Notes under the pieces: generated by a model
What the model was told of the DNA's origin: nothing
The model's database searches: none
Seen by the model: the letters and a program-made list of their open reading frames with translations, nothing else
Translations under genes and position numbers: made by a program
Assembly (NCBI GenBank): GCA_011620275.1
Contig: WOZK01000012.1
Coordinates: 31,665-95,664, forward strand
DNA length: 64,000 nucleotides
DNA from: Candidatus Omnitrophota bacterium
Lineage (GTDB): Bacteria; Omnitrophota; Gorgyraeia; Gygaellales; Profunditerraquicolaceae
Direction: 5' to 3'
Shown: piece by piece, positions 21,961 through 31,593 of the stretch
How the letters are laid out: every line of letters begins with the position of its first letter
Numbering within the stretch: position 1 is the first letter of the stretch

Positions 21961-24165
21961 TTATTTTTTCTTTGCCGCTCCGGACCAGGCCAGCACTAAA
22001 GGCGAAGCTATATATATGGTCGAATACACGCCGGAGATGAAACCGACGATCAGTGTGAAGGCGAAATTACCAAGTACTTCTCCTCCGAAAAGAAATATCG
22101 ACAGCACCGTCAACAGGGTCACGCCAGAAGTAAGGATGGTCCTGCCCAAAGTCTGGTTCACGCTCAGGTTTATCAGCTGGTAAAGACTCTTATTGCGGTA
22201 AAGATGGGAGTTCTCCCTGACCCTGTCGTAAATGACTATGGTATCGTTGATCGAATAACCGGCTATGGTCAGAAGAGCGGTGACGGTCAGAAGATCCATC
22301 TGCCTGCCGCTCAAGGCCATTACCCCGCAGGCGACCAGCACGTCGTGAAAAATGGCGAGAACGCCGGCCGCGGCGAAATTAAAATGCCTGAAACGTATGC
22401 CTACATAAACCAGTATCCCCGCCAGCGACCATAAAAGCGCCTTGACGGCCTTGTCTTTCAGGTGTTTTCCGGCGACCGGACCGACCTTTTCCAGACGCAT
22501 CAGCTCGATCTTCTCTCCCGGGAATTTTTTCTTCAATTCCGCGGTGAGACGGTCGTTCCTGTCGACCCCGGTCTTTATCAGCACCTGACGAGGGTTCTCC
22601 TTGAACTGCTGAATGGAGGCGTCGGCAAGGTCTATCTCCTTCAACGCCTCTCTCACCGCTTCTACCTGCACCGGTTTCTCGAACAGGTATTCCTGGAGCT
22701 GTCCTCCGGCGAAGTCGATGCCGTAAGCGCGCGCACCTTTGCTGAAGAAAGAAAACATCCCCAGCCCTATGACCAGCAGAGAGATAAAATAGAAAATATG
22801 CCTCTTGCCGATGAAATCCATCCTGGTGCCTTTTATCATCTTCATCATCGGCAGTGATTTTATCCAGCCCGCGGATATCAGCAGTTCAAAAACGGTCCTC
22901 GTCATTATCACCGCGGTGAAAAGGCTGGCGCAGAGGCCGATGGTCAGGGTCACGGCGAAACCGCGTATGGGCCCGGTACCGAACTGAAAAAGCATGAAAG
23001 CGGCGATCAGCGTCGTGATGTTGGAATCGAATATGGCGCTGAAAGCCTTGTTGTAACCGGTCTCGACCGCCGCCCGCAGCGGCCTGCCCTGCAGCAGTTC
23101 CTCCCGAATGCGCTCATTGATAAGCACGTTGGCGTCGACCGCCATACCCAGAGAAAGCACCATCCCGGCGATGCCCGGTAAAGTCAAAGTAGCGGATATG
23201 CCGGGAAAAAGATACGGAAGCAGCCCCAGGCATCCCAAAGAGATAAGCAGGTTGCAGAAGAGCGCCAAATCGGCTATCACCCCGGGAAGAAGATAATACA
23301 AAGCCATAAAAATAAACACCAGCGCCATGCCCACGATGATTGCCTTGACCCCGGAATTTATGGAATCCTGGCCGAGCAACGGGCCGATACTACGCTCTTC
23401 CTCTATATACATGGGCGCGGGCAGCGCGCCTACCTTCAGTATAACCGAAAGATCCTGGGCCTCCGCCGCGTCAAATTGCCCCTGTATCACGGCCTGGCCC
23501 GAAGGTATGGCCTCCCGGATCACCGGGGCCGACTGGACCTTGCCGTCCAGCACGATTGCCAGCCTTTTGCCCACATTGGCGCCGGTAATCTCGGCGAATT
23601 TTTTCGCCCCCTCTGCGTTGAACTCGAGAGAAACCAGAGGCTCATTGAAAGAGCTCTGGTTGAAACGCACGGAGGCGTCCTTGATGGAATCCCCGGTCAT
23701 CGCCGCCTTCGTCTCCAGCAGTAAAGGCTCCTTCTCCTCTCCGGCGTATTTTAATTCATAGCCTTCCGGCACGCTGCCGGCCAGCGCCGCCTGCAATTTA
23801 TCCGGTTCGGAAGATACCACCTTGAACTCCAACAGGGCGGTTTTGCCGATGATATCCACGGCGCGCTGCCTGTCGGACATGCCGGGAAGCTGCACCACTA
23901 TCTCATCGTCTCCCTGGCGCTGTATGGAGGTCTCCCTTACGCCGAACTCGTCTATCCTGTTCCTGATGACCTCTATCGCCCTGTCCGCGGCCTCGCTCCT
24001 CTGAGCCGCCGGGATGGCCGAAGTGTCGACTCTAAGCAGCAGGTGCGTGCCGCCCTTCAGGTCAAGGCCGAGATTAATACGTTTCTCCAGGGGGAAAGCG
24101 AAAAACGCGCAGACACCCAGAACCGCCAATATTCCCAACGTCTTATAGAGAAGATTTTTATGCAT
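21961..24165 (-). CDS. secDF: Fused protein translocase subunit SecDF
   Basis: LGLDLKGG, GMAVDANVLINERIREE (SecD) and GIDFAGG, GYSINDTIVIYDRVREN (SecF). Confidence 0.97.
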   Translation of the reverse strand: MHKNLLYKTLGILAVLGVCAFFAFPLEKRINLGLDLKGGTHLLLRVDTSAIPAAQRSEAADRAIEVIRNRIDEFGVRETSIQRQGDDEIVVQLPGMSDRQRAVDIIGKTALLEFKVVSSEPDKLQAALAGSVPEGYELKYAGEEKEPLLLETKAAMTGDSIKDASVRFNQSSFNEPLVSLEFNAEGAKKFAEITGANVGKRLAIVLDGKVQSAPVIREAIPSGQAVIQGQFDAAEAQDLSVILKVGALPAPMYIEEERSIGPLLGQDSINSGVKAIIVGMALVFIFMALYYLLPGVIADLALFCNLLISLGCLGLLPYLFPGISATLTLPGIAGMVLSLGMAVDANVLINERIREELLQGRPLRAAVETGYNKAFSAIFDSNITTLIAAFMLFQFGTGPIRGFAVTLTIGLCASLFTAVIMTRTVFELLISAGWIKSLPMMKMIKGTRMDFIGKRHIFYFISLLVIGLGMFSFFSKGARAYGIDFAGGQLQEYLFEKPVQVEAVREALKEIDLADASIQQFKENPRQVLIKTGVDRNDRLTAELKKKFPGEKIELMRLEKVGPVAGKHLKDKAVKALLWSLAGILVYVGIRFRHFNFAAAGVLAIFHDVLVACGVMALSGRQMDLLTVTALLTIAGYSINDTIVIYDRVRENSHLYRNKSLYQLINLSVNQTLGRTILTSGVTLLTVLSIFLFGGEVLGNFAFTLIVGFISGVYSTIYIASPLVLAWSGAAKKK

Positions 24166-24193
24166 ATCCCGATTTCCCCTTCTTACCTACCGG

Positions 24194-24481
24194 TTATTTC
24201 TGTTGTTCTTTCCTTGACACTGCGGAAATGCAGTTCTTTTCCACCTCTATTTTTACATTCTCGTCTATGCGCAGGACGACGCTCGTCTCTTTGACGTTGA
24301 CGACTGTCCCGTGTATCCCGCCGGAGGTGACCACTTCGTCGTTCTTGGCCAGGGCGGAGAGCATCTTCTGGTGCTCTTTATCGCGCATACGCTGCGGCCT
24401 GATCAGCATGAAGTAAAAAACCACGAAGATCATCGCCAGCGGTAAAAGGTTCAATATCAGATTCGGTGCCTGAGTCCCCAT
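24194..24481 (-). CDS. yajC: Preprotein translocase subunit YajC
   Basis: FYFMLIRPQ, VVTSGGIHG; upstream of secDF. Confidence 0.96.
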   Translation of the reverse strand: MGTQAPNLILNLLPLAMIFVVFYFMLIRPQRMRDKEHQKMLSALAKNDEVVTSGGIHGTVVNVKETSVVLRIDENVKIEVEKNCISAVSRKEQQK

Positions 24482-24625
24482 AGTTTACCCCCTCGTAAAT
24501 GAGCGGACGACCCACGCCCGGTGCCTCGCGTGGGCTGCTGTCCCGCTGTTCCTGTCCCCTTATGTTTCAAGGGACATTCTATAATATAATGCCCGGGCGC
24601 CGGCGCGTTCCGGCGTTATTAACCC

Positions 24626-24868
24626 TTACGCTTTCTTCGCCTTATTATAAAGGCTCTTAACGGTGTCCGAAGGCTGGGCCCCTTTGGAAACCCAATACTC
24701 GTATCTGGCCACTTTCAGCGTTGAAGACGCCTTGAAAGGATCGTAGGAACCGATCTCCTCGATGCTTTTGCCGTCCCTACTCCTGTTCTCATCAAGAACG
24801 ACGACGCGGTAATATGCCCTGCCCTTGACGTTCTTTCCTATTCTTTTCAAACGGATACGTACTGCCAT
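24626..24868 (-). CDS. rpsP: 30S ribosomal protein S16
   Basis: MAVRIRLKR, RDGKSIEEIGSYDP, GAQPSDTV. Confidence 0.97.
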   Translation of the reverse strand: MAVRIRLKRIGKNVKGRAYYRVVVLDENRSRDGKSIEEIGSYDPFKASSTLKVARYEYWVSKGAQPSDTVKSLYNKAKKA

Positions 24869-24897
24869 TTTGCTAAACCTCCTTCAAGATTATGCGT

Positions 24898-26421
24898 TTA
24901 ACGGCTTTGTGTTATGGCCTCAAGCAGAGCCCTGGCCTTGTTGGCTGTTTCAATGTATTCTTTTGCCGGGACCGAATCCGCGACTATACCGGCGCCCACC
25001 TGGATATAAGCGGTGCCGTCCTTTATAGAAATGGTGCGTATGGTAATACAGGTATCCATATTCCCGGAGAAACTGAAATACCCCACGCAGCCGGCATACG
25101 GCCCCCTCCTGGTTTTCTCCAGTTCCTCGATTATCTCCATCGCCCGTATCTTGGGACTGCCGCTGACTGTTCCGGCCGGAAAACACGCCGCCAGCACGTC
25201 ATAAGCGTCGTGCCCTTTTTTCAGCTTGCCGGTCACCTCGCTGACCAGATGCATAACGTGCGAATATTTCTCTACTTTCATGAATTCGCCCACCCGCACG
25301 CTGCCTTCCCTGCTTACCCGCCCAACGTCGTTCCTGCCGAGGTCCACCAGCATCACGTGCTCGGCGCGCTCTTTTCCGTCTCCCAGGAGGTCCTTCTCAT
25401 TGAAAGAGTCCTCCCGCTCGTCGGTCCCGCGCGGCCGGGTGCCCGCGATCGGCCGGGTGCGCACGAGCCCGTCCTCGCAGCGCACCAGCATCTCCGGAGA
25501 CGCCCCAACCATTGTTATCTCCCCTAATTCAAGAAAAAACATATACGGAGAAGGATTTATGCTGCGCAACCTGCGGTAGACATCGAACGGCGGACGGCAA
25601 AGAGCCGTCTGCATCCTGCGCGACAACACAACCTGGATTATCTCTCCATCCCTGATATATTTCTTGGCCTTCTCCACCATCCGGCAGTATTCGGCGCGCG
25701 TAGCGCCTCCAGAAGGAGGCAACGGACGCGCGGTCTTTACCCTCGCGCTTCTCGCCGCCGGGAGACTTCGTGACAACCTGGCGTTAAGCGCAGTTATCCG
25801 GCGCAAGGACTGCCGGTAAAGGCGTTCCATCTTTTGAATGCCGCGCGTTCCCCCGCGCTGCGGCAGAAAAACGTTGGAGACGACCATAATAGTATGCCGG
25901 AAATGGTCGAAAATCAGGATGTCGTCGGCAAGCAGGAAAACACAGTCCGGAAAACCGGCGTCGTCCCTCTTCAAATCCGGCAGTTCTTCAAAGAACCTCG
26001 CCATGTCGTAACCGGCGTATCCGACAAGCCCTCCGCAAAAACGCGGCAGCCGCGGCACGCGCACCGGACGCAGATCCTTCATCAGTTTCTTCAGTTCGTC
26101 GAGAGGGCCTCTGCCGGTTTCGGCCCTGAAACGCCGGACGCCGCCGGATACCCCTCTGCCGCAGAGGCGAGCGGCGCCGTCCTTGCTCTTAAAAACGACC
26201 CGGGGGTCGGTGCCAAGGAACGAATACCTGGCTATCTTCTCCTGCCCCTCGACCGATTCCAGCAAAAAAGAATACCTTCCTTTACGTATTTTCAGGAACG
26301 CCGAGACCGGCGTATCAAAATCGGCGTTCACCTCGGCATAGACGGGCACGACATTGCCGTGCGCGGCGAGCTTCCTGAACTCCCGGAACGAAACGGGATG
26401 GAACGAAAGGGTGTTATCCAT
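24898..26421 (-). CDS. trpE: Anthranilate synthase component I
   Basis: [45 protein letters not shown]. Confidence 0.92.
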   Translation of the reverse strand: MDNTLSFHPVSFREFRKLAAHGNVVPVYAEVNADFDTPVSAFLKIRKGRYSFLLESVEGQEKIARYSFLGTDPRVVFKSKDGAARLCGRGVSGGVRRFRAETGRGPLDELKKLMKDLRPVRVPRLPRFCGGLVGYAGYDMARFFEELPDLKRDDAGFPDCVFLLADDILIFDHFRHTIMVVSNVFLPQRGGTRGIQKMERLYRQSLRRITALNARLSRSLPAARSARVKTARPLPPSGGATRAEYCRMVEKAKKYIRDGEIIQVVLSRRMQTALCRPPFDVYRRLRSINPSPYMFFLELGEITMVGASPEMLVRCEDGLVRTRPIAGTRPRGTDEREDSFNEKDLLGDGKERAEHVMLVDLGRNDVGRVSREGSVRVGEFMKVEKYSHVMHLVSEVTGKLKKGHDAYDVLAACFPAGTVSGSPKIRAMEIIEELEKTRRGPYAGCVGYFSFSGNMDTCITIRTISIKDGTAYIQVGAGIVADSVPAKEYIETANKARALLEAITQSR

Positions 26422-26800
26422 TCTTCTTCTTGGTCCTTATTGTTCTGTAAAAACAACTGCGTTTCCCCGTATGGCAGGCGATATCTCCGACCTGTCTTAC
26501 TTTGATCAACAGGGCGTCCACATCGCAATCGTAGGCGATGGACTTTACAATCTGGAAATGCCCGGAAGTTTCCCCCTTTACCCAGAATTCGCGGCGGGAA
26601 CGGGACCAGAAACAGGTCTTGCCGGATTTGATCGTCCTGCGCAAAGATTCCGGGTTCATATAACCCAGCATCAGCACAGTCCCATCCTTATAATCCTGGA
26701 TGACGGCAGGAATCAACCCCTTATCGTCAAGTTTTAACTTATCGAAACTGAAAACATCGTCTTTCTTGCCTGACTTATTCACTCTCTTGGGCCTCCTCAT
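26414..26800 (-). CDS. hisI: Phosphoribosyl-AMP cyclohydrolase
   Basis: [26 protein letters not shown]; true start may be GTG 26782 after AGGAGG. Confidence 0.95.
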   Translation of the reverse strand: MRRPKRVNKSGKKDDVFSFDKLKLDDKGLIPAVIQDYKDGTVLMLGYMNPESLRRTIKSGKTCFWSRSRREFWVKGETSGHFQIVKSIAYDCDVDALLIKVRQVGDIACHTGKRSCFYRTIRTKKKNG

Positions 26801-26852
26801 ATGTTGGAGATATCTTTAACGCACTTATACGATCTTTACGTCACCGCAGCCG

Positions 26853-27617
26853 TTATCCGGCTGAAAGGCGCACCTGCACACCGTTTGCCGAGAGATATTC
26901 CTTGACTTGCATTACCGAGTATTTGCGGTAATGGAATATGGAAGCTGCAAGGCAGGCGTCGGCTTTTCCGGCAATGAACCCGTCCAGGAAATGCCGCGGA
27001 CAGCCCGCACCTCCGGAAGCTATTACCGGCACCTGCACCGCGGAAGAAACAGCCGCCGTCAACTCCAGGTCATAACCGTTCTCCGTGCCGTCGGAATCCA
27101 TACTGGTGAGCAGTATCTCGCCGGAGCCTCGCTCAACAGCCTCTTTTGCCCAGGCAACGGCATCCTTTCCCGTCGGTGTCCTGCCGCCGTGGATGGTCAC
27201 TTCCCAGCCCCCCCCGGAACGCCTGGCGTCTATAGCAGTCACTATGCACTGCGCCCCAAACTTGCGGGACGCCCCGGAGATCAACCCGGGATCGAGCACT
27301 GCCGCGGTATTCAAAGAAACCTTGTCGGCGCCGGCGCCCAGCAGCGCGCTGATGTCTTCCAGTGTACTGATTCCTCCGCCCACGGTAAAAGGCATGTAAA
27401 TGACTTCCGCGATTCTTTCCACCAGGGGCCGCAAGGTCTTCCTTTTTTCGCAGCTGGCGGTGATGTCCAGGAAAACCAGTTCATCGGCGCCCTGCCCGTC
27501 GTAAATAGCGGCCACCTCCACCGGATCTCCGGCATCTTTGAGGCCGAGAAACTTCACGCCCTTAACCACCCGCCCGTCTTTTATGTCCAGGCAGGGAATG
27601 ATTCTTTTTGTCAACAT
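26853..27617 (-). CDS. hisF: Imidazole glycerol phosphate synthase cyclase subunit
   Basis: [35 protein letters not shown]; start ATG 27617. Confidence 0.97.
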   Translation of the reverse strand: MLTKRIIPCLDIKDGRVVKGVKFLGLKDAGDPVEVAAIYDGQGADELVFLDITASCEKRKTLRPLVERIAEVIYMPFTVGGGISTLEDISALLGAGADKVSLNTAAVLDPGLISGASRKFGAQCIVTAIDARRSGGGWEVTIHGGRTPTGKDAVAWAKEAVERGSGEILLTSMDSDGTENGYDLELTAAVSSAVQVPVIASGGAGCPRHFLDGFIAGKADACLAASIFHYRKYSVMQVKEYLSANGVQVRLSAG

Positions 27618-27697
27618 TCTTATAAACCGGCTTTCTCCACCCCGCAGAACTTCAAAGAAATAAAAACTCACCGGGTTTACTGATTTCCGCGGTTTGA

Positions 27698-28120
27698 TTA
27701 AAGATACTTGCGCAGAGATTTCCAGGTCCTCTTGCCGACTTTGCCGTCCGCTTTGAGGTTGTTGGCCCTTTGATAGTCTTTTATGGCTTCTCGTGTCTGC
27801 CTGCCGAACTTTCCGTCGATGCTCCCCGGGTTGTAGCCGGCGTTCTTCAGCGCCTTTTGTATCTGCTTCACGGTCGGCCTGGATTTGACTTCCCTGTTTT
27901 CCTCGCTGTAAACGGCAGAGACCGACTGTTCATGCGCGCACCCAAGCTCATTCCTTAACCCGGCTATCTCCTCATCCTTAGCCTGCACCTGCGCGTTCAT
28001 CGCGGTAAGTTGATTATTAAGCCTTTGTATCTCCATGTCCTTCTGTTTCGCGCCGGTAGTCGCGCACCCCGACAATAATAAAGACACCGCTGTAACGACC
28101 GTCAAGATCATTAACCGCAT
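27698..28120 (-). CDS. Lipoprotein with coiled coil and C-terminal peptidoglycan-binding domain
   Basis: Lipobox LLSGC; [25 protein letters not shown]...[12 protein letters not shown]. Confidence 0.85.
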   Translation of the reverse strand: MRLMILTVVTAVSLLLSGCATTGAKQKDMEIQRLNNQLTAMNAQVQAKDEEIAGLRNELGCAHEQSVSAVYSEENREVKSRPTVKQIQKALKNAGYNPGSIDGKFGRQTREAIKDYQRANNLKADGKVGKRTWKSLRKYL

Positions 28121-28914
28121 CTGTTCCTCCTTTTCACGCTCTGCCGGAGATCCTCCGGCATATTCTCCGTAAACGGTAAAACCCTGCCGCCTGCGGCCCG
28201 AATCGCCTGCCGCATAGTGAACTTTTTTTCGTAGATCGCCTTACCGGTAATGATCCCGCTCAATCCCTTATCCTCAAGCCCGCAAAGCTCTCTTATATCC
28301 CGCAGGCTGGATATACCGCCGGAAGCGATAACGCGCATCCCGCTTTCCCTAAGGAGTTTCCTGACCGCCGGAACGTTCGGCCCCTTCAGGGTGCCGTCCC
28401 TTAATGTGTCGGTATAGATCATCTCGCTGAAACCTGTTCTCTTGAGCGAACGCGCGAAATCAGCCGCATCAAGCCCGCTGTGGCTTTCCACCCATCCTTT
28501 TACCATAATCCTGCCGTTTGCGGCGTCCACGCTGATGATCACCCGCTCCCCGAATTTCCCGTAGGCTTTCTCAAGGAAAACGCGGTCTTCCACCGCCCTG
28601 GTACCGAGAATGACCCTGCTTATACCGGCGTCCAGAACCCGCCCGATCGCCTGCAATGTCCGTATACCGCCTCCGAGTTGCACTGGGATACCGGCCGCCC
28701 TGGCTATTTTAGCGGCGAGCGAAAGATTGCTCTGCCTGCCGCTTTTTGCGCCGTCGAGGTCCACGACATGTATCATTCGCGCCCCCTGCGCGGCCCATTC
28801 GACCGCCACCGCTACCGCGTCACGCGAATACTCCTTGCTGCGGCAAAACTCGCCCTTCACCAGCCGCACCACGCGGCCGCCCTGCAGGTCTATAGCCGGA
28901 AATATGTCCACCAT
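28111..28914 (-). CDS. hisA: ProFAR isomerase
   Basis: IFPAIDL, HVVDLDGA, GGGIR, YTD..RDGTL.GPN, IASGG. Confidence 0.97.
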   Translation of the reverse strand: MVDIFPAIDLQGGRVVRLVKGEFCRSKEYSRDAVAVAVEWAAQGARMIHVVDLDGAKSGRQSNLSLAAKIARAAGIPVQLGGGIRTLQAIGRVLDAGISRVILGTRAVEDRVFLEKAYGKFGERVIISVDAANGRIMVKGWVESHSGLDAADFARSLKRTGFSEMIYTDTLRDGTLKGPNVPAVRKLLRESGMRVIASGGISSLRDIRELCGLEDKGLSGIITGKAIYEKKFTMRQAIRAAGGRVLPFTENMPEDLRQSVKRRNRCG

Positions 28915-29522
28915 CAGTTAAGCGCGATGAAATTCTGCAGTATACGCAGGCCTGCCCCCTGGCTTTTTTCCGGATGGAACTGCACTGCGTACACGTTGTC
29001 TTTCCAGGCAACGGATGTGAAATCTATCCCGTATTCCGTTAGCCCGGCGGAAACCGAGACTTCACGCGGCGACGCGTAATAGGAATGGCAGAAATAGACA
29101 TATTCGCCGTCTTCTATCCCTCGCAGAAGCGGACAGTCGCGGCCGGAAACGCCGAGTCTTAACCTGTTCCAGCCCATATGCGGAACCTTTAGCCCGCCGC
29201 GGAATTTCAGCACCCTGCCGTCCAAAACACCAAGTCCCTTGTGCGAGGAGGCTTCTTCACTTTCGCAAAAAAGTACCTGCATCCCCAAACAGATACCGAG
29301 AATAATCTTGCCGGAAGCCGCCTGTTTTTTCAAAAGCACGGCGCCGCCGCGGTCCAGATACTCCATTGCGTCATCGAAAGCTCCGACGCCGGGAAGCACG
29401 ATCTTATCCGCAGCAGAAAGTTCATCTTCTTTACAGGTCAAAACGGTCCGCGCGCCAAGATTTTCCAGCGCCTTGCGCACGCTGTGTATGTTCCCGATCC
29501 CGTAATCGAATATCGCTATCAT
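28914..29522 (-). CDS. hisH: Imidazole glycerol phosphate synthase glutaminase subunit
   Basis: PGVGAF, GICLGMQ, PHMGWN, QFHPEKS. Confidence 0.97.
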   Translation of the reverse strand: MIAIFDYGIGNIHSVRKALENLGARTVLTCKEDELSAADKIVLPGVGAFDDAMEYLDRGGAVLLKKQAASGKIILGICLGMQVLFCESEEASSHKGLGVLDGRVLKFRGGLKVPHMGWNRLRLGVSGRDCPLLRGIEDGEYVYFCHSYYASPREVSVSAGLTEYGIDFTSVAWKDNVYAVQFHPEKSQGAGLRILQNFIALN

Positions 29523-29545
29523 GCCTTCCTTAAAAACTCGTCAGA

Positions 29546-29749
29546 CGGTTACGGTAACGAAACCCGTTTCGCTTCCCGGTCACGGTTACCAACAAGACCC
29601 GACCTATCTTTCCTCCCCTCGATGAGGAGGATTAAGGAGGGATGGCAATCAATGCGCTGTTTGACAAGTTTTTTACAGCGCACTGTGTCCGCCGCTGAAG
29701 CGCCGGCGAGACTAAAACAAGGGTATCGTAACCGTTACCGACAGACGAT
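29546..29749 (-). repeat. Dispersed structured intergenic element, copy 1 (hisB-hisH)
   Basis: Shares CGGTTACGGTAACGAAA end and a ~57-nt core (AAGTTTTTT...TGTCCGCC...ACTAAAACAAGG) with 51233-51450. Confidence 0.75.
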
Positions 29750-30345
29750 TAATCAATCACTCCCTTACTGGAAGGAACACCCTTCCTGCGCGGGTCGATT
29801 TCCACAGCAGAACGCAAAGCCAACCCCAGCGCCTTGAACGCCGGTTCGAGCGTGCTATGCAAGTCGCTGCCGGCACCGTTTATCTTCACGTGCAGATTCA
29901 TACCTAACTGTTTGGCGAAGGCGTCCAGAAAATGCTCCGCGTCACCGACACCATAGCCCTCGCTGCCTTCCGGCTTTAGCCCCTGGGGGGAAATAATTTT
30001 AAAATACCCGCGGCCGCAGATATCTGCGGCGACGTCGGCCGACGCTTCCTCCATAGGAACCGAAGCCCACCCTATGCGCCTGATGCCGCATTTATCGCCC
30101 AACGCTTCCTTGAAAGCCTTGCCCAGCGCGATGCCGACATCTTCGTTAGTATGGTGTATATCGACCTTGAAATCGCCTTTAGCCGATATCTCCAGGTCGA
30201 ACATCCCCCAGAACGAAAACAACTCCAGAAGGTGGTTCAGCAATCCTATACCGGTCTCTATTTTGCTTTCGCCGGAGCCGTCTATCTCCAGTTTAAGACC
30301 GATATCGGTTTCCTTCGTGGTCCTTTTGATTTCCGCATTACGCAT
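29749..30345 (-). CDS. hisB: Imidazoleglycerol-phosphate dehydratase
   Basis: RTTKETDI, DIHHTNEDVGI, PMEE, FKALG.ALR, VPSSKG. Confidence 0.93.
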   Translation of the reverse strand: MRNAEIKRTTKETDIGLKLEIDGSGESKIETGIGLLNHLLELFSFWGMFDLEISAKGDFKVDIHHTNEDVGIALGKAFKEALGDKCGIRRIGWASVPMEEASADVAADICGRGYFKIISPQGLKPEGSEGYGVGDAEHFLDAFAKQLGMNLHVKINGAGSDLHSTLEPAFKALGLALRSAVEIDPRRKGVPSSKGVID

Positions 30346-30348
30346 GCT

Positions 30349-31593
30349 TTATCCCTTCCCCGGCTCGGTGTGAAACCGTGCCTTCACGGAATCCAGATGG
30401 TACGTCATTCCCTCTATGGAAGCCACTTTCTCCAGCGGCTCACGGATCCTCTCCAGCGCCTTCTTGGAATAACTTATTATATGCAGGCTCTTGACGAAAT
30501 CAAGCGTGGATAACCCGGAGAAAAACCGCGCCGTGCCGCCGGTCGGCAGAACGTGGCTGGGACCGGCTACGTAATCTCCCACCGCCGCCGGGCTGTAATG
30601 TCCCAAGAATACGGCGCCGGCGTGCCTGACGTGCTTAAGCAGCGGTCCGGGGTCAGTCACGAGTATCTCCAGGTGCTCCGGGGCTATGCGGTTGGATATA
30701 TCCACCGCCTGTTCCAGATTCTTGGTCAGCACGACGTAGCCGTTTACCGAAGGTATCTGTCCCACCACTTCTTTAGCCAGGCTCTTGGAATTGGTCACCA
30801 GTATCGCCAGCCCCTGAGAGTGCTCCGCCTGCGCCTTGAGATCGGCGATGATGTGCCGGTGGTTGCTGTAACGGTTGGCGATGATCACCAGTTCGGTCGG
30901 GCCGGCGACCATATCGATGTCCACTTCCCCGAACACCTGCCTTTTGGCTTCGCTGACATATATATTACCCGGACCGACTATCTTGTCAACCCTCGGGATG
31001 GTGCGGGTGCCGTAGGCAAGCGCGGCTATACCCTGCGCTCCGCCGACCCTGTAAATTTCGTCGACCTTCAAAAGATTGGCCACCACCAGTATATGCGGAT
31101 TGATGTGACCGGTCTTGTCCGGCGGGCTGATCAGCGCTATCTTCTTGACGCCCGCCAGGCGCGCCGGCAGGACGCTCATGTAAACGCAGGAGACCAGCGG
31201 AGCAGTACCCGCCGGGACATAAATACCCACCCTCTCCAGCGGCACGTAATTCTCGCCCAGCACCACTCCTTCGTCGGAACGCATCCTCCAGGACTTACGT
31301 TCCATCCTGCGGTAAAACCGCGTGATATTATCTATGATCACCTTCAGGCTGGAGACGAAATTCGAGCTGATATTCTGATACGCGCCGCTGATCTCTATTT
31401 CGCTCACCTTCAACTGCTTCGGGGTCATCTTCACGCCGTCGAATTTCCTCGCGTATTTAAGAACCGCTTCGTCTCCGTTAAGCCTGACGTCGTCGAGTAT
31501 CCGGCGCACTTTTTCGTCCACGCGCCTGGAACGGTAGAAACGCCTGTTATATATCTTCTCCAGCGCTCCGCTGCTGGAACGTATTATCTTCAT
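30349..31593 (-). CDS. hisD: Histidinol dehydrogenase
   Basis: GGAQ, GPGNIYV, DMVAGPTE, QAEH, APEHL, GDYVAGPSHVLPT. Confidence 0.97.
   Translation of the reverse strand: MKIIRSSSGALEKIYNRRFYRSRRVDEKVRRILDDVRLNGDEAVLKYARKFDGVKMTPKQLKVSEIEISGAYQNISSNFVSSLKVIIDNITRFYRRMERKSWRMRSDEGVVLGENYVPLERVGIYVPAGTAPLVSCVYMSVLPARLAGVKKIALISPPDKTGHINPHILVVANLLKVDEIYRVGGAQGIAALAYGTRTIPRVDKIVGPGNIYVSEAKRQVFGEVDIDMVAGPTELVIIANRYSNHRHIIADLKAQAEHSQGLAILVTNSKSLAKEVVGQIPSVNGYVVLTKNLEQAVDISNRIAPEHLEILVTDPGPLLKHVRHAGAVFLGHYSPAAVGDYVAGPSHVLPTGGTARFFSGLSTLDFVKSLHIISYSKKALERIREPLEKVASIEGMTYHLDSVKARFHTEPGKG

Noticed and set aside
24482-24625. SRP RNA or riboswitch between rpsP and yajC
   Set aside because: CAGG and AGCAGCC are present but lack the intervening stem and tetraloop; only generic hairpins are seen.
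29546-29749. T-box riboswitch (copies precede hisH and valS)
   Set aside because: Only one copy has a T-box-like TGGTAACCG, the valS copy lacks UGGN, and no stem I AG/GNUG boxes or terminator are visible.
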